Part shown: in pieces, positions 1 through 12,613 of the stretch
Position numbering within the stretch: the first letter of the stretch is position 1
How the letters are laid out: the number at the start of each line of letters is the position of its first letter
Assembly: GCF_035084215.1 (NCBI RefSeq)
Contig: NC_090334.1
Span: forward strand, 53,072,001-53,136,000
Length of the DNA stretch: 64,000 nt
Direction: 5' to 3'
Source of the DNA: Heptranchias perlo
Lineage: Eukaryota
Made by a program: the position numbers and the translations under genes
Notes under the pieces: model-generated
The model's database searches: none
What the model was told of the DNA's origin: nothing
Seen by the model: only the letters and a program-made list of their open reading frames with translations

Positions 1-288
1 TGGTCTTTAAGTAAAATTGCTCATTTAGTTACTATTAGTACTGAATTAGGGGCAGTTTTGTTTTGTGAGTCCATGCCCATTAGAAACTGAATTGAAACTG
101 TCAAAATAAATTGCATGGAAGGCCCTAATAGCAGGATACAGTGGACACTTTCACTGCATCACACTGATCTGTGAATTTCAGCCCAAGTCCTAGCAGTCAA
201 AAGTTAATATCTAACCCAAGGTATCACCTGATCCCAAGCAACAGTTTTATTCACACAACTACAGCAACAGGCTAATGCCCAAACATAC

Positions 289-507
289 CTCCAAATTATA
301 TTTTGTCATCTTGTTCAGCCGTCTGCAGTAGAGATAAAGCATACCAATATTGCTGCCCACTGCAATGTAGTCTTTATTGGCATCAAGCGCTGTGAGATGC
401 ACGAGTACATTTCGAAATCCTTTTTGTACTTTTGCAGGGATAGCATTAAGTAGGTAATATAAAGGACTGAACTCCTTAAAAGTTGCGAAGCGCACATCTA
501 ATGCCAT
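289..507 (-). CDS. TECPR2: TECPR2 first coding exon (gene continues left of window)
   Basis: MALDVRFATFKEFSPLYYLLNAIPAKVQKGFRNVLVHLTALDANKDYIAVGSNIGMLYLYCRRLNKMTKYNLE closely resembles the vertebrate TECPR2 N-terminus. ATG at 507 in GCCATGG context; acceptor (poly-T...cag) before 523; donor GAG|gtatgt after 289; 73 codons, phase 0. Confidence 0.93.
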
Positions 508-2289
508 GGCAAACAATGAGACACTGTTTATATGGAAAAAACAAAAAAAAAAGGAAAATGTAATTAGAAATACTCTAACACCAGGCAAACAAACTTCATA
601 CATGGTACAATCCACCTACACCAGACATGTTTATATTGGATAGTCAAGATTCTGACAAGGATAGTGTTGATAGTCAGTTATCTCAGACAAATATCACAAA
701 TTCCAAACTCAGGAGGTAAAGATCAAAAGTAAGTTAATTGCTAATAATGGATGTTAATTTCACTTTAATTAGCTGCTGTAAGTAGTTAATTTACTATGGA
801 ACATTTTGGGATCCAAGATATGCACACCAGAATCAGAAGTGGGATCTGATATAGCACAACAGGATTATTGACTGCAGCTATAATGTGACAAACACAATGA
901 CACAGTTGCAACTGAAACCTGGCATGCTGGTATAGAGAAACCTGTACCAGCAAGAAAATACAAATCATTAATGGGCATACCAGCAGCCATGTATAATAGG
1001 CAAAATCTTAACTGAATGGTTAGTTTGTTAGAAGCAGCTTGTACTGTAAGCAAACATACACAAGTTTGCCAACATCATAAAACCACCATGGGATAAACAT
1101 CTAAAGTAAAACAGCATTTGGAAATGGTTACAGGTGTAGAATCTTGAAATTTGAAGGCAATTTAAAAAAAAAAAAATTGATAGATAATCTTGAGGTGCCA
1201 GCTCCTGAAACATGGTGTTCACAGAGATCATCCCATTGTCCCATGTACGAGAGCTGGCCAGAATTAGGATCATTTTCATTTAGGCTGGAGGCAGCAACGC
1301 AGTATAAGATGAATAACAGAACACTGCCCTAGTACGTCTTGCAATGTTGAAGTACTTCGTACACCAAACCAATGCTTAAAATGCAAACCATACTGAGCAA
1401 AGCCCAACAGCTAGCTCCCCATGGAACACCAGTTAGGGTAGCCTATCACAGGAAGAATCTGGAGCCAGAGCTCCAACTGCTCTCATAGCTGAGGAGCAAA
1501 CTGTTATACCCGGTTTATATTACAGGCCTTTTCCTACTTCATGTGTTTATGTAATATGCTGGAATTCCTGGTGCTAGGAAACCCATCCCATTTACACTGC
1601 AGGACAAATTTTAAAGGCACTAGCAACAACAAAACTATGCAAGCACTATTTTGTACACAATGCACGTGTTTAAAAGCCACAAATCACAATTTACATTTCC
1701 AGCTACAAATCTTCCCTGATGCCTGTAGCAGATATACCCAGAAAGCAGAAAACAGCAATGCTTGCTCATAATGGGAGATGGGCATTTATTTACTTCCACA
1801 AGAACTGCTATTTCCATACAAGCCAAGGAAAACCATCTAGAGGTTTGCACCTCCAGAAGCAGTACGGCACCACATTTACATTAGAGCACTGTCAAAGTCT
1901 AGGCTTCTATCAGCAGCAGCATAATGTACAAAGGCCTTTAGAGTCAGGATTTCTGGCACCACCTCCATAGGCACTTTTATATTAAATATACAGCATCAGA
2001 AAACATCCAAATGGACACTCAAGAATCTCTATTGTTTGTTGTTGCTGCTACCACTCCTAAATAAAATTAGCATTGAATAAGTGAAACCTGACCAGAGCGC
2101 ACAGGACCTACAATAACGTGTGTTTTAGACACCGGTGGACCACTAGCGGTTCCCTGCTTTATGTTTAAGAGTGCCATTGATGGTGTGAGAACAATGTATC
2201 TGCAGCTAATGGTACTCCTTTCATTTAAAACATTCCTGTGAACAATCAGGTACTTTTTCCTACAGTGACTGCACTTCAAAAGTGGTTTA

Positions 2290-2660
2290 CATCAAAGGGT
2301 TCAAGGTTATATTCAAGTCTGTGCCGAGTTAGCTCATCTCAGTTAAGGCAGCAGCTGCAGAACTGGAACTGCCTCGACACCCTTAGGCTCAAAATAAATG
2401 TCACACGGCCAAGGTACCCACTTCTGATTGCTACTCGATGACCCATTTCGAATGTGTGTGCATGGATATCAAATGAGGACAGGATCTGCTCCACTGTGAT
2501 AATCTCCACAGTTGAATAGCCTACTGATACTCTCAGTCCATGTTCATACATGAAAGATGGCCACTTTGGTGAGGTACCAGAAAGCTGCCAGAGCTTATGG
2601 AATCATACCCATAGGAAGAGTGGGTGCTTTCAGAACATGTGGACATAAAATTTGGCTGGG
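2290..2660 (+). mobile_element. Old tRNA-derived SINE copy (family repeated several times in this window)
   Basis: Shares blocks (ctgtgc-gagttagct, gaggacaggat, gaatagcct, atggccact...gaggtaccaga) with copies at about 4.1, 14.5, 33.0, 47.0, 48.4 and 49.0 kb. Confidence 0.6.
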
Positions 2661-4062
2661 TCAGAAAACAATAGGATTTCAATTACCACAGTGTCTGAGC
2701 TAGTTTTCTTTCAGATTTGGTTAGCATTGCTGGAACTCTACTTTTTGTAAATTTTTTTACATTTACTTAGTTTTTTAAAAAAAACTTAAGGCATTAAATG
2801 GATTGGGTCCATTGATTTAATTGGTGCGGCAAATGAACTGTTTAAAGTAGCCTTTTAAAGAAAAAAGGCAGATCCTTGTTTTTAAAAGTTTGAATTTAAT
2901 GAAAATATATGTTGTAAGACAGGATATTTTTGAAAAACATTTTCAAAAGAATAAGCTTAATGAGACCTGTGCAATGAACAGGAAACATCTCAATGACCTA
3001 ATATTTGCAAAGGACACAAAATTATTGAAAGTAAAGACAAACATCAATGTATCCAGATTTACACTTTTTAATAGACTTCTGCTATAAGAATATAATTCAA
3101 AATTTCTTATGTTTTGGTAGATTTCATTCGATGTAGGGACAGCATTGCAGGAGGAATAGCATAGCAATGCATTCATCCAGATCGCATGCATGAAAGAAAT
3201 GGTCTTGGGGATAAAGAGAAGCATTAAACAAAAGTGATATTGCTATAGTAGCGATGGAAGGAAATTGTACTTGTAGCACACTGAATTGAAGTGATTCATA
3301 GGGGACTGCTAGCAACCGTCAAGCCATTTAATCTCATCACATGGTCATGTACAGAATTAAAATAATCCTCGCAAAAATCCTATGCAACAGGTGTTTTTTT
3401 TAAATCAGCATAGAGACCCCACATGGGATAAAAATAGCAAAGCTGCACACATACTAGTACTGTTCTGTCGACCCTTGTTCCCACATTTCAGGGTACTTCA
3501 TAAAGGTACTGTCAGAATAGCCTGTGATTAGGCATTTTCGTACATATCTGTTCTGCCTCAAGACATCATGAATAGGTAATGATTCCCACAATACGTGACT
3601 TTCAATTTATGCTATGGGGAGGGAGGAGTTGGGGGCAGGGAGGCGCGCCTTACTCAAACCATTAACTCTCAGGCCATCCCTGGAAGCAGTTTCAAAACAG
3701 AGTATCAAAAGACAAATTGAGACATACCAAAGGTATCTGATGTATTTACCAATTTAGAGAAATACAATTTTCTTTTCAACAGACTTTTAAACTAGTGAAA
3801 GACTACTGCATTTACCATTACATGTTTTACTGTACTGTGATGCACTACATGAAAAACATTACTGCATTAAGTTTGAGGGGAGGACAAAGATGAAAGGAAC
3901 TTCAAATAGTTCATCAGTACCGTTCAGAACTTAAAAAAAAACTCCAGCACCAAAGGATCCCTATATGTTGATTTTTCAACAAAACAAAAACTAACTAATG
4001 TCGAACTGAAGGTTTTAGTATGTGAACCTGGAAGAGTTGCAACAGTCTGGATATTAGATAGA

Positions 4063-4960
4063 TGACCTGCTCCCCCTATAGGTCAGTGGGTTTATACAGT
4101 GAGCAGATCAATCAAATAGGCCACAAAAGGTCCCAGGTTCGATTTCCCCATCTGTGATGAATTAGCTGACTTAATCAGGGCATCGGTATGGGTGTTAAAA
4201 TTGGCCTCACTGCCCCTGGGCTTGGGAGGAGAAAATTAGCCAGAGCTTTTGCTCCTGATGGAAATCCAGTGAACCGTGCTGGAAGAATCCATGGGCTCGA
4301 TTTTGACTCCTGGGCAGGAACGCTGCAAGGCGAGCGGCGGGCCCATCCTGGAGCAGTTGCAGGGAGGCTCCGCCAGGCCTCATTAACATGCCACTTGCCG
4401 ACTTCTCAACCAAAACAGCCAGGAATTCGGCTGGAAGCGGCTGCCCAGCTGTGAAAATCAGGCGGCTCACCTTGCTGAGCCTCTTCTGGCACTGACTGCT
4501 GTTCCCAGCAGGTTTGGCCTGGCAGGGAAGCCACCACTGCTCAGGCCTCAGTTTAAAGTAGCAGATTGAAGCCCGATCTGCATATTTAGAGAGGACCCCG
4601 GCTTGGGGCGGGTGACCTTGCCGCCTGCAATTTAAAATTGAAGTCAGCCAGATCAGGGCGGGAAAGGAGTGGATAAGTTCCCTGCTCCATTTTATCTACG
4701 TGCCCCTGCTTGGTTTCCACCAAGTGGTGGGAGTTAAAATTGACCCCATATGTTAATATCCAGTGAGGAAAGGATGGAACTTAGCAGCGATTGAATAGCC
4801 TGCCAACACTCTGTCACGGTTCACATGTTAAAAACAACCACCTCAACAACAACAACTTGCATTTACATAGTGCCTTTAACGTAGTAAAATGTCCATGGCT
4901 CTTAGGTACTGCAAGTAACCACGTACCTGTGGGAACAAATTCAGAAGGGGAAGGGAGAAA
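4063..4960 (+). mobile_element. tRNA-derived SINE interrupted by a MITE and an L2 tail
   Basis: B-box-like ggtcccaggttcgatt at about 4130. The body matches the other SINE copies and resumes after 4750. Confidence 0.55.
4293..4747. mobile_element. MITE (Harbinger-like non-autonomous DNA transposon)
   Basis: Terminal inverted repeats gggctcgattttgactcc / ggagttaaaattgacccc with a GC-rich interior. Similar ends occur at 59918-60255. Confidence 0.6.
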
Positions 4961-5759
4961 ATTAGTTAACTGCATATCAGCTTCCATTAGTTTTGTATTA
5001 GCACAAGTTTTACACCAAAATAATATTTTTAATGAAGCAATCCTACATGTACAAAAATACAGCACAATGTCAATTTTACAAAACAGCAAACTCTAATCAA
5101 GGATCTGTTCACCACAAATTTAAATATTTAAGTATGCCCTACAAGATAGGAGACTTCCGAAAGTACTGAAATTTCTCATATTCCAGGACCAGAGATGGTG
5201 CTTTTTAAAATTAAGAAACTAAGATGATGGGCCAAGGTTGCAAAAATTAGGAGAGAAGATGAGATAAATCAAGAAGTAATGAGTAGGTTACACCGAAGTT
5301 GAGTTTTAAAGGCCTGCAGATTGTAGGAGGAAAAGACCACCTGAAAAAGGGACCCACCATTTCAGGCCTTCATTCAGTCAAGTTCAGCAAGTAACTCTCT
5401 CAGCACCATCTCTTGTTTTAACTCATTCTCTGCAAGAATCTTAAAACTATGGAATGCCTCATCTCTTTCAGTCTTCCTTCCCAAAACAGGAGGATGGGTG
5501 GGTGGAAGACAGTACTTTATTTTTGCACTGATCTCAGGAACTGAAAGTTAACAGCTGGACTGAAGATAAATACTACAGTTCTTGTCCTTTATTCTAACAT
5601 TTTATCTTCAATTTCCTGCAATAGTATAACACAACATTTCGATTATTCAATTACACTTCCTTGGAGGTATTTTCTGGTTTCCTTAGATTTAATTTCAGGC
5701 ATAAGAAATACCACTAAGTAATTTGCAAAACTAAAACTGACCAGCATGGCAACTGATTT

Positions 5760-5970
5760 TCTGTAATCTTACAGCAAGCACGATCCTGACATCCACATGA
5801 CTCATCATTTCGACTCCCCTCACATTCTAACTCTGACCTTTCTATCAATGGCCTCCTCCTCTACCCCAAAGCTTAATACAAACTTTAGCAACAGCATCTC
5901 ATCTTACTTCTGGAGACTCTTCAACCTCTGGCCTGAACACTGACAAACAACTTCAGACCATAATTATCCC
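5760..5970 (+). mobile_element. Highly decayed Penelope-like 3' (GIY-YIG end) fragment
   Basis: ctaactctgacctttct...cagcatctcatct...caacctctggcctgaacactgac...aacttcagaccataa parallels 29390-29535. Confidence 0.5.
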
Positions 5971-6386
5971 TCCAGTTTTCCTGCTGATTTCTAGCACTCA
6001 TATACAATGGCTTTCCCTTCCATTTTGGGAAGCCACTGACTCATGCCATTACATATACCTGACAAAACTTTCAAATCTGTTTAAGAGTCTTTTAAAACCA
6101 TTAGCTGTCAATCAGCCTTTCTGAAAGTGGTTAGTAAATCTGTACTTGATCTTAATTTGTTGTTCTTCACTCCACTCTATGTTTGAATTGGTTCTCCAGA
6201 ATTCAGTGAATATTTAAAGCCTAGTCTGCAGTCTTACTCTCTATAACGTAATATATTCACAAAGTACAGCTTATCCTTTTAAAGTAAAAACTTAGTGTTT
6301 GTCTACAGCCAGAATGTTTGAAGTTACTTCAGGATTGCTTTAGTTCCACTTTGTAACAACCCTATAGCTTTGTAAGAAGCAGTAAC

Positions 6387-6866
6387 AAAGAGTCCGGTCT
6401 TTAAAGTAGGATACAGGAGACTTTTAGTAACTTATTTTTAAACTTACATCTAACAGTAGCCACAGAACTTGTGATTATCAGTTTTGTTTGTTTCCAGAAT
6501 ATTACATAGTTCTTTTGCACTGGAAGACTTTTTGGGTAATTTATTTAGGTTTAGCAGATAATATCACCCATTATTGTACAAATTTTGGAGTGGAGGACAT
6601 ACATGGATATAAACAATTTTACATGTCACAGGAAGACATCTTTAACCTTACAGCTGTCAATCAGAATGCGATGATTCGACAATTATTTTTAAAGATTATA
6701 AACAGTTTAACCTACAGCCTCCTGTCTACAATCAAACATTTGTGAATTGTAACAAAGTGTTTTTGTTAAATACATTTTACAATAACTTACTTGGTAAACA
6801 GTTCAACCGATCACTGACAGTTAAACTGACGCCACTAAAAGTCTCCTGTACCCTAAGCCGGCCCTA
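6387..6866. mobile_element. hAT-type MITE with 8-bp TSD
   Basis: Direct repeat gcagtaac at 6379-6386 and 6867-6874; subterminal inverted repeat tacaggagacttttagt / actaaaagtctcctgta. Confidence 0.7.
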
Positions 6867-7000
6867 GCAGTAACGGGGTACCTATCCCACTTATCCAGGC
6901 TCCCATTCCTGCCCCTCCCCTTTGCACGCAAACGCGCGTAAGGCCTAAGTGAGTGATGTGCTTCCCCATGTCTGTCAGACAGACTCCCATCACCACTTAC

Positions 7001-7100
7001 AGTCTTCCCAGCTGGACCCTTCGAGCCTCAGGTCATCATAGGCTCTCCTCCCCCACCCCTACGGTGCGGCTGCCATGTTGAGTCTGACGCGAAACCCCTT
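7001..7100 (-). other. TECPR2: Probable non-coding exon 1 of TECPR2
   Basis: Strong minus-strand donor gact|gtaagt at 7000 directly next to the CpG-rich promoter. The upstream boundary (TSS) is a guess. Confidence 0.55.
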
Positions 7101-7449
7101 CGGATCCAGAACCTCCACAAACCGCGCAGCGCCTCACTCACCGCCCGCTCACCCCGCTCCGCCAATCAGATCGCCGCCTATCTTCGTCACTGGACCTCTC
7201 CGCCAATCAGATCCGCTTATTCTCTTCTACTGGCAGCTCCGCCAATGAGACTCGACTGACCGCCACCTGCAATAGGCTCTCCAACCAATCAAACGCATCT
7301 CCTCCTTCAATCAGCCATTCCACCAATCAAACCCCGCCATTCAGGTCGGCGACTTGATGGTACCGGAAGTGATGTCAGCGTGTTTGCGGGTCGGCGGTAG
7401 AGCGGAAGTGAGCGGTTATTGGAGGTTGGGATGCGCGGCTGTGTTGAAG
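7080..7449. promoter_or_regulatory. CpG-rich bidirectional promoter shared by TECPR2 and CINP
   Basis: CCAAT boxes at 7162, 7203, 7242, 7285, 7323; ETS/GABP motifs CCGGAAGTG 7363-7371 and GCGGAAGTG 7402-7410; GC box ccgccc at 7141; locally high CpG; divergent genes on both sides. Confidence 0.85.
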
Positions 7450-7456
7450 ATGGAAG
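7450..7456 (+). CDS. CINP: CINP exon 1 (ATG GAA G)
   Basis: aagATGGAAG|gtgaag. Phase 1 joins exon 2 in frame and gives the ME start expected for CINP. Confidence 0.8.
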
Positions 7457-8216
7457 GTGAAGTATTTTGTGTTGGAACTTGATAAACTTTCGTACGACAT
7501 TTTAGGGAGAATTTAGAAAGATTTACGATTTATCACGTCTCACATTTCAATCCGCTTGGTATACTGTGGCCTATTTTGAAATATAGTGATTGATTACAAG
7601 TGTTCTATTTTGGAGGATATAACAATTATTTCGACGGTACTTGATTAAGCTCAATTTCTTTTAACGTAAAAAATCATATCTGAGGCAGCGCATTGTGTCT
7701 TCATTGGAGGTAAACTGTACAATGGGCAGATTAAGATCAGCTCCCTCTGGCTGCTCAAGGAATGGTATCCCTAAATCTCAGAGAAGCTGAAAGGCCAAAA
7801 ATCCATCCTTATTGACAAAATGTGCTGAGGGAAATGCAGGCTATTATGCAGCTGTTAAACTGGAGCCAGCACGTTGTTTAATGGGATCCCCCATAGACCC
7901 TATTAAACTCCTGTGATAAGGTTGTTACCCCAGTCTGAAATAATGAAAACATATCACCAAGCTTGACTTCAGGCCACCCTGTCTTGTATGTTCTTGTTGA
8001 ACATTTGTCATATGTGATAAATTGATGTGAGAATGCAATAAGCTGACTATGTTTGTGAAATAACTTTTATAAAAATAATGTTGTTTCTGTGGATACATCT
8101 GTGCAAAGTTAAGCATTAGTTTATTTATGGTAACTCAGTTAAGGTTTGCTGATTTCATTACAATATTTGGCTTGTCACTTTTTTTCAAATGACATTGTAT
8201 TTGTGCTTTTTAATAG

Positions 8217-8391
8217 GTGCATGTACTAGTCCATGTTTAATAACTCCAAGAAAAACAGATTTTAACAACAGTGCCAGAAAAATAAAGGACAATGCTGCAG
8301 ACTGGCATAACTTCATGCTGAAATGGGAAACATTTAATGATGCAGGATTCTCAATAGTGAATAAAATTGTTAACATTAAACTCAGCAACCA
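8217..8391 (+). CDS. CINP: CINP exon 2
   Basis: ITPRKTDFNNSARKIKDNAADWHNFMLKWETFNDAGF matches the CINP SARKIKDNAADWHN motif; tag| acceptor, |gtaagc donor. Confidence 0.95.
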
Positions 8392-9088
8392 GTAAGCACT
8401 GTCTTTGCAAAGTTTTATATCTAGCTGTGTTATGTATCAAATATATTTAAGATTTTTTTAAGTACATTCCCTCTGGTGAATTTATTCAAAATGCATGCCT
8501 TATCTTATGCCTCTCTTTTGTATAAGATTCTAGTTTAAGCTGATGTGCTTTAAAGTGATCACCATTATTGCATCTTTGGAAAATAACAAACATGACATAA
8601 TTGAATTATTACTAATATTTTAAATGTTGGTTGTCACTGGTAGCTAAAGTAAGACTTGATTGTTTCCTCAATCTAATTTTAAGTCCTGGAACAATTATAT
8701 TTGCCACAAGACAGTTTAATTAATGAGGAAACAACTTTGGACAAACAAATCTAAGTTATTTGATTATTCTCATTTAGGCAGGACAATGGTTGGTTACATA
8801 ATCAGAAAAAGCACCAATAGACCTTAATGTTTGGTATTTATAATGATAGATCTGATTTGTTGAAAATCCTAAATCAGTAATATTCTTGGGTAGCTAGGCA
8901 TTAATGACCACAGGAAGGTGTACTCTGTGCCCCTTAATAAAAACAAAATTTGTCCAGATTTATTCCTTTTATCTATTTGTAGTGTTTATTGTTCAGCTGT
9001 ATTAAACAGAACAATTTGTTCACCACCTGAGCATTGCCTTTAAACGATTCATGATATTGATATTCTACTCATGTATTAATTTCTTTAG

Positions 9089-9212
9089 GCGTGAAAGTCA
9101 AGCCAAGCTAGAAGGAGAAGATACTAGCTCTAATCATGGAAAGGCTAACTTTCAGTATAACAAAGAACTGGAGGAATGTTGCACTGAGTTGCTCAATATC
9201 CATGACAAAATG
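9089..9212 (+). CDS. CINP: CINP exon 3
   Basis: ttctttag| ...RESQAKLEGEDTSSNHGKANFQYNKELEECCTELLNIHDKM |gtatga; phases 2 to 0 are consistent. Confidence 0.9.
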
Positions 9213-11088
9213 GTATGAATTTGAATGAATTGTGAAAAAACTTGGTCATATTTTGGTAAAGATAAAGTATGGTTGCAATTGGCTCAGTTGCTGTAGTGGT
9301 GGAGCCTTGGCCTTCCAACAGAAGGCATGAGTTAGAACCACAGCATTATCAATTAAATTAGTTTACCCACAAAAGTAGACAACCTTCAGTTCTCCGCAGG
9401 GCTACTGGAAACAGTACCATGTAGTGGAGTGTTCAGCTTGAGGGAAGGAAAAATTGGACTTTGCAAAGTAATGTCATCCTGCACAAGTTTAAATCTGTTG
9501 GATGATCACAGAGCAGCATCAGTGTTGGCTATGGAGCAATTCGTAGCCTCAACCATCTCCCCACTTCCAGGAAGGAACAAGTTTTAAAAAAGAAAAATAG
9601 GCTGAGGATGGTTCAGTCATCAAATTAGTGAATCTGTCAGTAGCCATAATTCTCTATCCCTTATGTGTCTAATCTTGGTTTCACATAAAAAGGTACTGAG
9701 TGGTGTACTGAGACTATTTTCTTCAGAGCAAAGGGAGGAAGAGGGGATAAATGGAAGGAAATCACCATAGGTTCTGCTCATATATCAGTTTGGAAAGGTG
9801 GGGGTGGGTGTGGGAAGAGAACATGGGTTAACAAGAATCTGTTTGAGTTGAGGTGGCTCCAAGATACCAAGTCAACCCTCTGTGGTAGACTTAGTAATTT
9901 GATACTTGAACTAGGCAGGTCTGCAGTACTCCAGGGCACTACTGGTTGACCAGCCAGCTTGGCTCACTGTTGGAATCTGGAGGAATAGACCTTTTGTGGG
10001 ATAGGATTCTTCCCACTAATTTCCAGATAAGCCTGCAAGCAAATTTGTTAATGGGTAGGGTGATCCTGGCTGTGAGCAGTGGGATGCTTGCTAGTGCTGA
10101 TGGGCTGCATTTATTTTGCTGTCCTTGAGCCTTCTCCCTATCAATCTGTGTCTAAAGTCTCTATGTTTCATAAGTGAAATATGTCCCTAAGGGTAAGAGA
10201 GTGTGCCCTCCATATTGAACAAAGAAAAACCCTACCTGTGTAGATTTCTCATTACCTCAGTTTGGAGACTCTTAACCATGCTGATAGATTTCTGTGCATG
10301 ACATACCTGGCTGACAAAAAATAAACACAGGACAGAAAGAAATATGACATTGTTACAGGAACTTACTGAAAAGATCTTTGTTTGTCATAAGTACATCAAC
10401 CACAACAGAATGTTAATACTTATGTTGGCATGGTATTTTTCATACTTGGCAAGAAGTTTAATGTCTATATTAATCCTGCAATTCCCATCTTAATGATGGG
10501 AATTGCAGTCAGCCAAGGAAAACCACTTAAAGGAACACAAGGAAAACCATACTTAAGAAACTTGTGCATTTTTGTTTAGGTGCTATTATTCACTCTAATG
10601 TAGAGAAGGCTCATTCTGATCCATATCCTTAATTCTTTGCCTGGAGAAAACAGCCAACAGACCTTGCAACAATGTAAGCAACATAAATGACTGCATGCAA
10701 GCACTAGGTTATAAGCAAGATGAAGGGCTGAGTCAGGTAGGAGCTTTATGTGGAAATTGAACTTGAGGCAGAGAAAGGATCTTAAAACTAATAATTTATC
10801 CGCCGGCTACTGCGTGGTTAGAATAAAGGGAGTGTATCGGTGCACGTAATACATGGAGATAAAGCCCAAATGGGCTTGTGAAGTGCTCTGTTAATACCAA
10901 GGCTGCAGGAAGTACAGTAGTGGTTATCTGCAGGAACTTTACCACAGGTTGAGAAGCTCCCTATGGTGGAAGACTTGGTGGTAGTAAACAAATCCTTCGA
11001 AAAGTCCAAGAGGGAACCCTAGGAGAATCCTGGGCTTTCTGATTGTAATAAAACCACTTGTGCTTTGTCATAGTTTGCCGAAGTCATT

Positions 11089-12613
11089 GGCCTACAAATC
11101 TAATTGTGCCCAAAAATTGGCACATGGGGTGGGGCATATGCTGCATGTGCCTGTTCCTGGTACTGGCAACTCATTGTAATAGGTCAGGTGTGCAGCCAGC
11201 GCTACCCATGCTGCTTATTAGCTGAGCATCTGTTTGGTTGGGGGGGGGAGCAGGAAATTTGGCTTCGCAGATGCCATTTAAAGGCAGCCAGCACCTCTTA
11301 AAGGGGAGGTGTACTATGGCTGCAGACAGGAGAGAATGAATCTGAAGGGAGAAATGGCTGTAAGACCTGTAGAGTGGGCCCTCAGGTTTGCGCATGCTGC
11401 TTTGGAGGCCCTGGTGTAGGCGGTGGACAGGAGGAGGGAGATCCTGTTCCCCACGTGGGGCGGAGGGTGAGGGCTGGGAGTGCCGGGCAGAAATCCTGCA
11501 GGCAGCACCACTGTCGCCAGTGGGAAGAGGTGGCTGAGGAGGTCAATGCAAGGAGCTTAGTGCCCAGGACATGGCTGCAATGCCAAAAGAACTTTAATGA
11601 CCTCAGCAGAGTTGTTAAGGCAAGAATCCTACTTCCCATCTCAATTACTCTCTGCTTGTACCTGCACCAGTTGCAGCCCCACTACTCTCAACACTCTTCC
11701 CCAGCTTCCCTTCACTCTCCTATAATCACTGCACCACACCTTTTTCTCCTTCTGCTCATACACTCTGCACCTTTTTGCCCTTGTTTTTTTTGTCAACCAG
11801 GTATGTGTTCCTCCTGATGTCAAGAGCCTCCATGACCTCATAACATAGTGATGCACAGCAAACTGAGTTATCAGTGGTGTCACCTGCTGCAAACAACCCC
11901 ATGTCGTAAATGTTAAGGGTTACGGTGACTTTGACAGTCCCAGGCAGTGCTATCTATGCCTTGATTTGGAGTTCCAGTTATGGCTGCAGCAGGTGACAGA
12001 GCTCGGTTACAGTCTCCTTGGTGAAAGGCAGGTGCCTCACACATTGTTCGTTGGTGAAGTTGAGGTATGAGATGTACTCCTTGAAGATGCACTGTGGGTA
12101 TGGCCTCCTGGGCCGTGCTCTCCTCCTACCACTTTTCTCAGCTGCTCCCCCCCCCTCCTCTTCCAGCCCCACCGGTCTATCAAGGACTGGAATCAACTAT
12201 TTCTAAGGCAGACAGAAGTCCATCGCCAGTACAAAGTTGATCTGACTTCAAAATCCACTTGTGGAATGCAGAAAATAGCCTTAAAAAAAGGCCCAAAAAG
12301 TTAACTTGCAGTCTGAGGACAAACTAGCAACTAACCCATATGGAGGATTGAGCCCATTAAGCAGCACTCCTGCAGGGTCCTCATTGACTTAGCACTAGGA
12401 GTTGCTGGGTGATTTCATCACGTGGCAAGTCAGGTGCTGGGGCAGGCCAATTTCACAAAAAGGTCCTACACCTTTTTTGAATGAGTTTCCCAAATTGTTC
12501 TCTGGGCATCTACAAAGCAGTCCAATCAATAGGGCGGGTGGTGCGCTTAAGGCCTGGGATGAGTGCCCATTTTATGCTTGAAAAACAGGCACAGTGCATC
12601 TAATTTCTAGGCC
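11089..12613. mobile_element. Internally deleted PIF/Harbinger transposon
   Basis: + strand Myb/SANT-like remnant (QWEEVAEEVNARSLVPRTWLQCQKNFNDL). - strand transposase N-terminal remnant (RRPYPQCIFKEYISYLNFTNEQCVRHLPFTKETVTELCHLLQP). Ends ggcctacaaat / atttctaggcc flanked by 3-bp att on both sides. Confidence 0.75.

Noticed and set aside
508-615. N-terminal extension of the 259..615 ORF
   Set aside because: It runs through the polypyrimidine tract and intron. Similarity to TECPR2 starts at ATG 507.
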